This document shows, in pieces, positions 19,116 to 34,913 of a stretch of 64,000 bases of DNA. Below the pieces are notes generated by a model that saw only the letters and a program-made list of their open reading frames with translations, searched no databases and was not told where the DNA came from. The first letter of the stretch is position 1. Each line of letters starts with the position of its first letter. This DNA is from the human T2T-CHM13v2.0 reference genome, Homo sapiens, in NCBI RefSeq assembly GCF_009914755.1, contig NC_060935.1; one strand, given 5' to 3'. The position numbers and the translations under genes are program-made.

Positions 19116-19290
19116 CAGTGGTTCTCAGTGGGGATGGTATGGCCCTATGGAAGTTTGTGAGGGCTATTTCTTCTGGCTGTGACAATGCTAGGTGGGGGCG
19201 GGGATGCTGCTGGTATTGGGGGAAGACTAGGGATACTTACCAACCTTCAATGTGCAGGATAGTCCTGCACCAAATAGCCCACAGGATACC
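19116..19290. mobile_element. hAT-Charlie MITE relic (MER20-like)
   Basis: Starts cagtggttctca; gggatgctgctggtattg...caatgtgcaggatagtcc. Confidence 0.55.
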
Positions 19291-19637
19291 CTTGTAGGTG
19301 AAAAATCACTACTTATGTATATTTCAGATGGTGTCTTGCTCTGTCACTCAGGCTGGAGTATGGTGGTGTGATCATAGCTCACTGTAGCCTCCATCTCATG
19401 GGATCAGGCAGTCCTGCCTCAGCTTTCTGAGTAACTGCAACTACAGGCATGCACCACCATGTCCAGCTAACTTATTTTTTATTTTCTTTATTTATTTTTG
19501 AGACGGAGTCTCACTCTGTTGCCCAGCCTGGAGTGCAGTGGCATGATCTCAGCTCACTGCAATCTCTGCTTCCTGGGTTCAAGTGATTCTCCTGACACAG
19601 CCTCCTGAGTAGCTGGGATTACAGATATGTGCCATGA

Positions 19638-19859
<222 letters not shown>

Positions 19860-19926
19860 TGATCTCTTAGTTTGTTGCCCAGCCTGGAGCCCAGCGTCAT
19901 GATTATCGTAGCTCTGTGCAACCTGA

Positions 19927-20217
<291 letters not shown>

Positions 20218-20547
20218 TGATCAGGCTGGTCTTGAACTCCTGACCTCAAGTGATACACCCACCTCGGCCTCCCAAAATGCTGGGATTACAGGTGTGAGCC
20301 ACTGCGCTGGGACTAATTTTTATATTTTTTGAGACATGGGGTCTCCCTGGGTTGCCCAGGTTTGTCTCAAACTCCTGGGCTCAAGTGATCCTCCTGCCTT
20401 GGCCTCCCAAAGTGCTGGGATTATAGGCATTGAGTCACTGCGTCTGGCCAAACTTCTTACTATGTGTCTTACATTGTGTTCAACACTTGTTATTGCTCAA
20501 AATGGCCTTATCCTTCATACATACCTGCCAAGAGAAATTTTTATTAG

Positions 20548-20715
<168 letters not shown>

Positions 20716-20718
20716 TAG

Positions 20719-20841
<123 letters not shown>

Positions 20842-21681
20842 TAAAAAACTCTTAAACCTAAAAACAAAAATGTGGTAAAGCCAGTTATTTTATAGGTAAG
20901 ATGATACTCATATGTGTAAAGAATCTAGCTGGGTGTGGTGGGTCATGCCTGTAATCCTAGCACATTGGGAGGCTGATTCTGGAGGATCACTTGAGGCTAG
21001 GAGTTTGAGAGCAGCCAGGGCAACAAATTGACCCCCGTCTCTACAAAGTAAAAATTAAAAAATTATCTGGGGGTGGTTGGGCATGGTGGTTCATGCCTGT
21101 AATCCTAGCATTTTGGGAGGCTGAGCTGGGCAGACCACGAGGTCAGGAGTTCAAGACCAGCCCGGAAGGTCCAGGCTGCAGGGAGCCATGATTTCATCAC
21201 TGTACTCCAGCCTGGGGGACAGAGTGAGACTGTCTCCAAAAAACCAAACCAAACCAAAACAAACAAACAACAACAACAAAGAAAAAACCTGCAAACTTTT
21301 CTTTGAGATCAGCCAAGCCAAGCTAGACACTTTACAGATGAGAAACTCAGTGAGGGCTGCAGGAGCGAAGAGGGTTGCCCACCTGGACCATAAAACTGAA
21401 CTAGGGCTAATTTAATGCTATTTCCATTATTCTAGATCAAGGAGTCAGATCCTTATTCAAGCCCCAGCATTCTGATTTGCCAGATCTGTGAAATTTGGCA
21501 AGATTCTTTACATCTATTTAATTAATTTATGTATTTAGAAACAGAGTTTCACTCTTTTGCCCAGGTTAGAGTGCAGTGGCACCATTACAGCTCACTATAA
21601 TCTTAAAATCCTGGGCTCAAGCGATTCCTTCCCCCTCAGTCTCTCAAGTAGCTAGAACTACAGGTGCACCACCACCCGCAG

Positions 21682-21686
<5 letters not shown>

Positions 21687-21718
<32 letters not shown>

Positions 21719-21742
21719 CATACACACACACACACACACACA
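21687..21742. repeat. Inverted compound microsatellite (TG)14-TATACATA-(CA)10
   Basis: Read directly from the sequence. Confidence 0.95.
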
Positions 21743-22623
21743 AATATGTACGTATGTATTTTTTGAGACGGAGTCTCACTCTGTCACCCAGGCTGGAGTG
21801 CAGCGGCCACAATCTCAGCTCACCGCAACCTCCGCCTCCTGGGTTCAAGCAATTCTCCTGCCTCAGCCTCCTGAGTAGCTGGGATTACAGACGCACGCCA
21901 CTACGCCCAGATAATTTTTTGTATGTTTAGTAGAGACGGGGTTTCACCGTGTTGGCCAGGCTGGTCCCGAACTCCTGACCTCATAATTTGCCTTCCTCGG
22001 CCTCCCAAAGTGCTGGGATTACAGGCATGAGCCACCCCGCCCGGCCGCCGGCTAATTTAAAAAAAAAAAATTTTAGAGATGGATTTTGGTCGTTGCCCAG
22101 GCTGTCCCCAACCTTCTGGGCTGAGGCGATCTACCTGCCTCAGCCTCCCAAAGCACTGGGATTACAGGCATGAGCCACCACACCCAGCCTACAATTAGTT
22201 TCACCTGTTTCTTTTCACCTTTTAAAATGCAGCTACTAGAAAAATTAAAAGCACCTATGGGTCTCACTGTGTTAACGTAAGACCCCACCTGCCGGGTGGG
22301 GTGACTCACACCTGTAATCCCAGCACTTTGGGAGGCCGAGGCAGGCGAATCACAAGGTCGGGAGTTCGGGACCAGCCTGGCCAACATGCTGAAACCCCTA
22401 CTAAAAATGCAAAAATTACGCCGGGCGTGGTGGCGTGCGTGCCTGTAATCGCAGCTACTCGGGAGGCTGAGGCAGGGAAAACTGCTTGAACCCAGGAGGC
22501 GGAGGCTGCAGTGAGCCGAGATAGCACCACTGCACTACAGCCAGGGTGACAAGAGTGAAACTCTGTCTCAATAAATAAATAAATAAAATGGCTATCCTTA
22601 CTGGGTAGCTAGGGGTTTGCTGA

Positions 22624-22909
<286 letters not shown>

Positions 22910-23266
22910 TAGCCAGGATGGTCTCCATCTCCTGACCTCATGATCCGCCCGCCTCAGCCTCCCAAAGTGCTGGGATTACAGGCGTGAGCCACCTCGCCTG
23001 GCCCAAGCACATGCCATTTCAATGGCCTTGTGCTACACAACTCCCACCCTCCTATTCTGCTCTCTGTTCCAGGTTCTGGCCATATTGGGCTCTTTTTTTT
23101 TTTTTTTTTTGGAGACAGAGTCCTGCTCTGTTGGCCAGGATGGAGTGTGGTGGCGTGATCTCAGCCCACTGCAACCTCCACCTCCTGGGTTCAAGTGATT
23201 TTAATGCCTCAGCCTCCTGAGTAGCTGGGATTACAGGTGCCAGTCATCATGCATGGCTAATGTTTT

Positions 23267-23335
23267 GTTTTCAATTAGCAATAATTGCGCCTCGGATAAA
23301 CCTCATTGGCTATGATACTGCCACTGCGCAAAGCT
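23267..23335 (-). pseudogene. RNU4-39P: 3'-truncated U4 snRNA retropseudogene (U4 nt 1-69) inserted in the linker of an Alu
   Basis: Reverse complement reads AGCTTTGCGCAGTGGCAGTATCATAGCCAATGAGGTTTATCCGAGGCGCAATTATTGCTAATTGAAAAC, 67/69 identical to the U4 5' end as I recall it. Flanked by the direct repeat GCTAATGTTTTGT (23256-23268, 23333-23345). No Sm site. Symbol assigned from locus memory. Confidence 0.92.
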
Positions 23336-23337
23336 AA

Positions 23338-23526
<189 letters not shown>

Positions 23527-23857
23527 TGACTTGTACTTTCTGGCCGGCATGATCTTCCCTCAGAGGATGGCTTAGTTCCCTTGATTACTCCAAGTCCTCA
23601 TCACCATCTAACACGCTTATGTTTTACTTATTTCTTGCCTGTTTCTCCCCACCATAAGATCCAAGAAGGTTGGGATTTCTGTCATTTTTTTTTGTTCACT
23701 GCTATATTCTTGGTGGTGTCCACATGGTAGGTGCTATTTGTTGACTGAACACGTAGGCAAATATTTCCCTGAGTTTGTCACATGTCTATGTTTTTGATGT
23801 TGTCTGCCATGCAACAATCTTATTTACATACTCAAATCTGTTTAAAAAAATTTTTGA

Positions 23858-24013
<156 letters not shown>

Positions 24014-24349
24014 TAGTAGAGACGGGGTTTCACCATTTTGGCCAGGCTGGTCCTGAACTCCTGACCTCCGGTGATCTGCTTGCCTTGGTCTCCCAAAGTG
24101 CTGGAATTACAGGCGTGAGCCACCGCTCCCGGACTAAAATTTTTTTTAAGGCTCAACTTTTGCTTCCTGCAGAATTAATTTTCTCGTTTATTAAACTGTT
24201 TATTATGAAAACCTTCAACATACAATAACGTCATTCCATTATTTCTTGACTGGGAATTCCATCAGGGCAGAGGCCTTTGATTTTTCACCGGCTGCCAGGA
24301 CCTCAGCAACCCCAGGGAATGTTTCCAAAGAATCAATTAATGGCACGAG

Positions 24350-25830
24350 GGCTTCTCCGGGGCCTGCCTCAGGTCCCCTCGCGGTGCTCAGCACAGTCCT
24401 GGGAGCCGTTTGCCGACTCAAGGCGCCTGTCCTGGTTTCTCCCGCCAGGCCCGGCCTTCCCCCGTACACTCACGCGGCAACCCCCAGGCGCGGGTTTGGA
24501 CAGGGCTTCCAGAATGGGAGGAGCCCTGACTTCCAATTGTACAAAGTTTTCCTGGGAGCCCGCCGGTCCCAGCCCCACCCGGGCCAGAGACCGCCTTACA
24601 GACTAGGCCTCTCTGCCGCCGGCGCCGCTCGCGCGCGTTCTCCTCTCTTCAGCCCTCCCTCTTCTTCCCAACCCCCTCTCCCGCCACGGGCTGTGGCGGT
24701 TGGTCGTCCCTTTCCCACCCCCTCAGCTAACGAGCGGGCTCTAGGCCCTCTGGGATTGGCTGTGCCTGAGCACATCTTCCCTCAGCGTTTCTGATTGGTC
24801 GCTGGACGCGCGGGATGCGAGTCCCCATTGGCTAGGCCAGGGCGCCTGCGCGGCGGGGTTCTCGGTCGCCAGCCATTCCTGAGGAGGACTGCCGGTCGTT
24901 CGGACGTCTTGCCTGTCGCTGGAGGAGAGGTCCGGGCTCTCCAGGAAGGTGGCTGCGGCGACAAAATGAAGATATTCGTGGGCAACGTCGACGGGGCGGA
25001 TACGACTCCGGAGGAGCTGGCAGCCCTCTTTGCGCCCTACGGCACGGTCATGAGCTGCGCCGTCATGAAACAGTTCGCCTTCGTGCACATGCGCGAGAAC
25101 GCGGGCGCGCTGCGCGCCATCGAAGCCCTGCACGGCCACGAGCTGCGGCCGGGGCGCGCGCTCGTGGTGGAGATGTCGCGCCCAAGGCCTCTTAATACTT
25201 GGAAGATTTTCGTGGGCAATGTGTCGGCTGCATGCACGAGCCAGGAACTGCGCAGCCTCTTCGAGCGCCGCGGACGCGTCATCGAGTGTGACGTGGTGAA
25301 AGGTAACGCGGAGGCGCGCTCGGGGGCGGGGGCGCGCTCGGGGCACTCTGCCTGTTAGCCACGCCCCTTACCCGGGGGTCGGTCACTGCGCGGTTGGGAG
25401 GGGTGGGGAAGTGCGCGGGAGCAGGTCGGAGGTGTTGGGGGCGCGTTGGGTAGAGCCACCCTCCTCCCCTGCGGTCCAGGAACCGTCCACCAAGTAGGAG
25501 GAAGCGGCTCTGGGTGGGTGCGGCGGCCACTGCGAGCCAAGCTACGGGGCCGGGGACGCGCCTGAGAGCCTTGCGAGTGTTCCGGGGGCGCGCCTTCTCC
25601 TGGTCTCCTGGGCCTGGCACCCAGCGGAAATTGGGAAGTGACGGGCACAAGCCGGATCATGAAGCGGGGAAGATTTCTCCACTTCCCCACTTCCTCTCCA
25701 GACGTCGGTCAGAGCAAGGGAAGAGGGAAAAGGTGGGGGCTGACGCCCCAAGGCCGCCCTCCTGTTCCCTCCCGATGAATGTGCTCAAGCGGAAGGTAAC
25801 GGGGCCCTTGGACGTTTCTCGGGCTGGGGT
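24350..25830 (+). promoter_or_regulatory. RBM14 CpG-island promoter with three inverted CCAAT boxes
   Basis: CpG-dense. ATTGG at 24755, 24794 and 24827 (39- and 33-bp spacing, NF-Y-like). GCGCCTGCGC at 24842. No TATA box. Confidence 0.85.
24966..25302 (+). CDS. RBM14: RBM14 (CoAA) exon 1: RRM1 and first part of RRM2
   Basis: aaaATG at 24966, [18 protein letters not shown]...KQFAFVHM...WKIFVGNV...IECDVVK, donor GTAACG at 25303. 337+1465+208 = 2010 nt = 669 aa + stop. Confidence 0.97.
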
Positions 25831-27800
25831 CTTTTAGTCTTGTCTGGCATGGGTCTACTCATGGGCACAGTTACACGTGGGTACGAGAGGGGCCCCTTCC
25901 GAATCACTTTGGCCTTTCAATATTAGGTAGGTTAGGCGTGGCAGCTCTGTGCTTTTCTCCTCCCTCAAACTTGGGGTTTTTCTTTGGGCTCGATTTTACA
26001 TCTGTCAACTGGAAACCCCAGCCTTTTGCATGTGCAAGAAAGCTTGTTTTATGAAGTCCCCTTCTGCGTAGTCTTTACATGCCAAGCCAGTGCCCTAGGG
26101 CAGTGTCATTCTTTTATAAGCTTGGTGACTTTGCAGGGGGGCATACTCTGGCTGAGGGGGTCCTGGGGAGGGGTCTGTGAGAGCTCTTCATTAAACAGTG
26201 GCTAAACACGGTTTACTGAATCAGTAGTAGTCATTGCTTGAGTAGTCTGATTCTCAGGGCAGATCCCGGTGCCTTTTCTTCGAGAAAAATGTGTCACCAT
26301 AATTTAAGCCTGACTAGGGACCCAGTTGACTTTTTCATAGCTTGAGTTTTTATCCCTTAAGCTCTTTATCTTTTACATTGGCAAGATTTGGTGGGACAGC
26401 CGTTGTGTATGTGGCCAGTCTCTGCTCCACTTGGGAACAGATCAGAGTTAACTTTGCCCTGTCATTTTGGAAGATGCAGCCTGGGAGTATCTGATGCCCT
26501 ACTCCTGGTGGGTTCATACCTGCTCATACCCTGTGTGAGAAGTTTCAGGGATAGGAAATAAATGTGGGTGCAAGTGCTTATTTATCCCACCAAGATATTT
26601 CATTTGCTGTCCTGGAAAGGCACATGTTTGGGGCCATTCCTAGTCCTTTAAGTGGGGGAAATATAAAGGGTCATAGTGTCCACTACTAGGAACAAGTCCT
26701 TGTTCTGCATTAATACTGCATTCTATTTTCCTCAACTCAGGTTATACAAGTCCACGACTATCCGGAATCGGGCTTTCCTGCTGGGTGCTCTGAGGCAGGC
26801 TGTATGGTGCATGGATTTTTGCTTTTGTTTAGAGTAAAAGAGTGGTGGGGGAGGGTCTCAGATTGGGTACTTGTCCAGCAAAAGGGTGGGGTATATGAGT
26901 CTCATTTGTGAGAGTTTTGTGTTTAATTGACTTACCAAGTTTCTTTTGTGGTTGTTAGGTAGAGTGGCTACTAGGTTGAGAGTCTAGAGTCAAACATCTG
27001 AAGGGACAGTCTCCCTGGAACTCAGGCTTCTTGCTGGCTTTCAGGTGGTAGAGAAAGTCAAAAATTTGCCTGAAATTTGCTTGGGACCCAACACCAAGTG
27101 ACGATGCGGGTGAAGTGCATAACTGCACATGAATTTTTAGAACTCCTGGCTGACTCCTTGTGAGAGTTAGACGGAGTTTTGTGCATCTTGTTCCTTTGTA
27201 AACATTTGATTAGCAAAAATGCATTGACTTACTCCGGGAGTGGTGGTCAACTATTTGCAGTTACATTGTTGTGTAACAGAGCTCCTGACATACTTCGATG
27301 TAAGAGACTGGGAAAGATTTGAACATCATATCCTCCACTGATGTCTTTTTATCTGTTTGTGATGACGGAAAGTGAGGGTTGAAAGTTGGGAGTGTAGTAG
27401 AAGCGACTGGCTCTCTAAAGAGCGTACTCATTTCTTATGCTGGGAATGGTCATTTGATTGAGTCTCCTTGTGTTGGCTGACAGGGCTTTGAAAAGCACAG
27501 AAGCTTGGTGTTGCACCAGACAACCAGCTCTGTTTTATTTCACAGGAAAAAAAAACAACATAGTTGCTTGGTTACTCCAGGAGCTTAGATAGGATTTGTA
27601 GAACAGAAATCTCAATAGCAACAGTGGATTGTAACCACTCCACAGCTTCCTCCTATTGGGTGTTCAAAGATGAACAGCTTCCGGAAACATGTACAGACTT
27701 GTGGGGAGATCTGAAAGACAAAAGAGGAAAATATCTTCTCTTCATTTTTGTGAGTGACTGTTTCTTCTTCCTATACAGAGCTCTGTAGTTTCAAGTTTAA

Positions 27801-30770
<2,970 letters not shown>

Positions 30771-31699
30771 AATGGTAAGTTTCCTAAGATCTTATAACAA
30801 GTCAGTGATACCTGGGTCTGGAACTGAGACCATTGAATTTCTAATTAAGGATCCCTTTTGTGCTATGCCACACTTCTGACTTCTACTTATTGATTGCATT
30901 TTTTCCCCATTATCCTTAGTCTTGTGTCATTGTCTTCAAATCCAGGGAAATGACTTGTTCTGTAGGAGCAGCTAGATAAGGCATCCCAGTACGAAAGTTT
31001 CTAAAAATGAGGACCCTTGTTTGGAGGTTATTAAGAATGTTTCTTATCTTAGTATTGTCATCTGGGTAGCTCTTTGTTTCTTAAGCTGATGTGACAGATA
31101 GCATCCTGGTACTTGGATGCTATCTAAGAGTAGCCACAGGTCGAGAATGGAGCTAAGCTTAGAGCCTTATTTCCTAGGGGCAGGATTCTCTCCTTCAGAT
31201 TCTGCCTGTGCTTTGTGAGTGTGGACATGAGAATTTCTTTCCATTCCTTCATTCCCTGAAGTTTTCTCCTTCTGTGTAGTAGATAAGTATAGCTTTGAGA
31301 CCGGCATCCTGTCTTCTCCTACCACAGCTTATTCAGGTCATAATGAGAGCTGCAGGGGTAACCTGGTTAGCAGAGCCTGTTAGCTGCAGTAATTGCAGCT
31401 TCATACCTTATAGGTGAGAAACCAGATCTTTCTGGTAAGCAGTCTGCTCTGTGAACAGAAGCCCAAGGTGTAAGGTATACCTCTGTCCCTTAAAGAGGAA
31501 ACAGTGGAGGATGCAGTGTGGTCTGGGACAGGGGGATTGGGCATGAACTCAGCCAGTGGGCTTAGTTTCTATTCCCATACCTCATTGGCTTACACAGGGT
31601 CCATCTTCTCTGCTTCTAAGCCTAAATTTTTAGTCATATTACACAGTCCTGCCTTATACCTTGACTTCTCAGGGATAGATTATGTAGCAAAGGGGCATT

Positions 31700-31880
31700 G
31701 GAAGAGCTGTGATTCTGGTCCTGACTCTAACACACTTTGAGTGGGGCAAGCCATATAAAAACTCTTGAGCATGTATGTCCACCTGTTAAATGGAGGTAAT
31801 GATTCTTTGCCCTGCCTACCTCACAGGATTGTGAGGCCCAAATGAGGTCCTCCTGTACCTAAGAGTGCTTTGAAAACTTG
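31700..31880 (+). mobile_element. MIR relic
   Basis: cacctgttaaatggaggtaatgat...cctgcctacctcacaggattgtgagg...aagagtgctttgaaaact. Confidence 0.7.
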
Positions 31881-32458
31881 GGAAGTACTGTGAAAAAGCG
31901 GAGAGATCATATTGGAATGTTGTGAACTGCTTGCTTGTTGCAGTCTATCTCTCTTGCCTTAATTGGACATGGGCTGAGAGATGGGTCATACCAAAACGTG
32001 AGTGGTCATTTCCAGTGTTTGAGAGTTAGGCCTCAAAAGTGAGCTAGGCCTCAAAGGTGTTTGGTGAGTTTGGGTTGAGAACACTGAAGAACTGAGTGAT
32101 CTAGGAACGCTTTCTGCATTTTGTTCTGCTGGTTTGTACTTACAGGAGATGTGAAGATTTTTATCCTGTGTTGCAGTTCATCTTTGCTCCTTCTTCTCTC
32201 ACCAGGAAGTTGGGTGAGATGGCAGGGTTTGTAAAGGGGAGAATGGGAAGAAGGCTGTAGGCAAAGATGACTGCTTGGGACAGTCAGAAGCTTTGTTATA
32301 TGGGAGCTACATTTTATGACATACTCCTGGAGAGGAGGGTTTGGAGGCCTTGGAGGTAGCTGGCAACAGCTGGGTGCTGTTGTGTGTCCAATTTGGGACC
32401 CATCAGGTAGCATGCCCTGCCCCCCTAATTGCTAACCCTCTGTCTGCTGCTTTATCAG

Positions 32459-33923
32459 ACTACGCGTTTGTTCACATGGAGAAGGAAGCAGATGCCAAAG
32501 CCGCAATCGCGCAGCTCAACGGCAAAGAAGTGAAGGGCAAGCGCATCAACGTGGAACTCTCCACCAAGGGTCAGAAGAAGGGGCCTGGCCTGGCTGTCCA
32601 GTCTGGGGACAAGACCAAGAAACCAGGGGCTGGGGATACGGCCTTCCCTGGAACTGGTGGCTTCTCTGCCACCTTCGACTACCAGCAGGCTTTTGGCAAC
32701 AGCACTGGTGGCTTTGATGGGCAAGCCCGTCAGCCCACACCACCCTTCTTTGGTCGCGACCGCAGCCCTCTGCGCCGTTCACCTCCCCGAGCCTCTTATG
32801 TGGCTCCTCTGACGGCCCAGCCAGCTACCTACCGGGCCCAGCCGTCCGTGTCACTGGGAGCTGCCTACAGGGCCCAGCCTTCTGCCTCTTTGGGTGTTGG
32901 CTATCGGACTCAGCCCATGACAGCCCAGGCAGCCTCTTACCGCGCTCAGCCCTCTGTCTCCCTTGGGGCACCATACAGGGGCCAGCTGGCTAGTCCTAGC
33001 TCCCAGTCTGCTGCAGCTTCTTCACTCGGCCCATATGGTGGAGCCCAGCCCTCAGCCTCGGCCCTTTCCTCCTATGGGGGTCAGGCAGCTGCAGCTTCTT
33101 CGCTCAACTCCTATGGGGCTCAGGGTTCCTCCCTTGCCTCCTATGGTAACCAGCCATCCTCTTACGGCGCCCAGGCTGCCTCTTCCTATGGGGTTCGTGC
33201 AGCTGCTTCTTCCTACAACACCCAGGGAGCAGCTTCCTCCTTAGGCTCCTACGGGGCTCAGGCAGCCTCCTATGGGGCCCAGTCTGCAGCCTCCTCACTA
33301 GCTTATGGAGCCCAGGCAGCTTCATATAATGCCCAGCCCTCGGCCTCTTACAATGCCCAGTCTGCCCCATATGCTGCACAGCAGGCTGCTTCCTACTCTT
33401 CCCAACCTGCTGCCTATGTGGCACAGCCAGCCACAGCTGCTGCCTATGCCAGCCAGCCAGCAGCCTACGCCGCACAAGCCACTACCCCAATGGCTGGCTC
33501 CTATGGGGCCCAGCCGGTTGTGCAGACCCAGCTGAATAGTTACGGGGCCCAAGCATCAATGGGCCTTTCAGGCTCCTATGGGGCTCAGTCGGCTGCTGCG
33601 GCCACTGGCTCCTATGGTGCCGCAGCAGCCTACGGGGCCCAACCTTCTGCCACCCTGGCAGCTCCTTACCGCACTCAGTCATCAGCCTCATTGGCTGCTT
33701 CCTATGCTGCCCAGCAGCATCCCCAGGCTGCTGCCTCCTACCGCGGCCAGCCAGGCAATGCCTACGATGGGGCAGGTCAGCCGTCTGCAGCCTACCTGTC
33801 CATGTCCCAGGGGGCCGTTGCCAACGCCAACAGCACCCCGCCGCCCTATGAGCGTACCCGCCTCTCCCCACCCCGGGCCAGCTACGACGATCCCTACAAA
33901 AAGGCTGTCGCCATGTCGAAAAG
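32459..33923 (+). CDS. RBM14: RBM14 exon 2: end of RRM2 and Tyr/Gln/Ala/Ser-rich prion-like activation domain
   Basis: ctaac branch point and tatcag acceptor, [37 protein letters not shown], many SYGAQ-type repeats, donor GTACTG at 33924. Confidence 0.97.
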
Positions 33924-34705
33924 GTACTGTATGCCCCCCCGCCTCTGCCCCCAGCTGGGGCTTAGGGCAAGGGGCTGAGGTTGGCATGGGAGGGAAACTG
34001 GAGGCATCGGCCCCTCCCTCGGTCTTCTCTTCTCTATTTTTGTGGGATGTCCAGAGGCCGAGGGGAGCAGTGTCTATGAACTTTCCTGGTCACCAGGGTT
34101 CAGGTGGAGCATAGTGCTCAGCCTGGGGTGGTACCTGCTAGTCAGGCCAGGCACAGTGTCACCTGTCTAGGCTAGCCCAAGTGTCATTGGAGCTACTGCC
34201 TGCAGGACTGTGGCCCATATCCTTTCCCACTGTCTCAAGGATCCTTAAGCCTATTACGTGGTTGTCCTGGCTTTGGCAGGGATGTGGGTTAAAGAGTAGT
34301 CCCTTTGGCATTCACTGGCTAAAGGCAAGTTTACGAGGTGCGTCCACTCTGGGAAGTTGGGGACCTCGCTTTCATCCGCCGTTCTGTTGATAAACAACCA
34401 AGGTCTTTCTCTGCAGGGCCCAGGGGCGGAGATAGTTTGCTGTGGTGTGGGAATGTAGACCAAAATCCACCTTGGCTAGTTCAGAGGGGAGGACTTCAGT
34501 GGAGGGTTTGATTTCCCACTGAGTTGAAGCCAGGCTTGATTTTTTTGGCCTGGATAGGGTGATGAGCCTTCTGACAAAAGGAGACCAATCTCTTGGAGAC
34601 CACTGTGATCACACCCTCCCTGTCCCCATTGGCATCTCCCCAATGCCCACCTGGAGTCCTCCCCTCAATTGTCTCATTCACCAACTGTCTTCTTCTCTCG
34701 ACTAG

Positions 34706-34913
34706 GTATGGTTCCGACCGGCGTTTAGCCGAGCTCTCTGATTACCGCCGTTTATCAGAGTCGCAGCTTTCGTTCCGCCGCTCGCCGACAAAGTCCTCGC
34801 TGGATTACCGTCGCCTGCCCGATGCCCATTCCGATTACGCACGCTATTCGGGCTCCTATAATGATTACCTGCGGGCGGCTCAGATGCACTCTGGCTACCA
34901 GCGCCGCATGTAG
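34706..34913 (+). CDS. RBM14: RBM14 exon 3 coding part
   Basis: Polypyrimidine tract + actag, [16 protein letters not shown]...GYQRRM, TAG at 34911-34913. Confidence 0.97.

Noticed and set aside
24795-24965. Stop-free in-frame region upstream of the RBM14 ATG (possible non-AUG extension)
   Set aside because: The TTG start overlaps a CCAAT box and is probably upstream of the TSS; the ATG has -3A; open frames are common in CpG islands.
24239-25837. Multiple overlapping Pro/Arg/Gly-rich ORFs (up to 201 aa) on both strands
   Set aside because: Expected by-product of stop-codon scarcity in the CpG island and antisense to RBM14 exon 1.
27359-27480. Possible C/D-box snoRNA (GTGATGA...CTGA) in RBM14 intron 1
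   Set aside because: Terminal stem geometry does not fit the kink-turn spacing and I see no rRNA/snRNA guide complementarity; an Infernal/snoscan search would settle it.
32341-33978. 545-aa ORF as a standalone gene
   Set aside because: It is RBM14 exon 2 plus flanking intron; real boundaries are 32459-33923.
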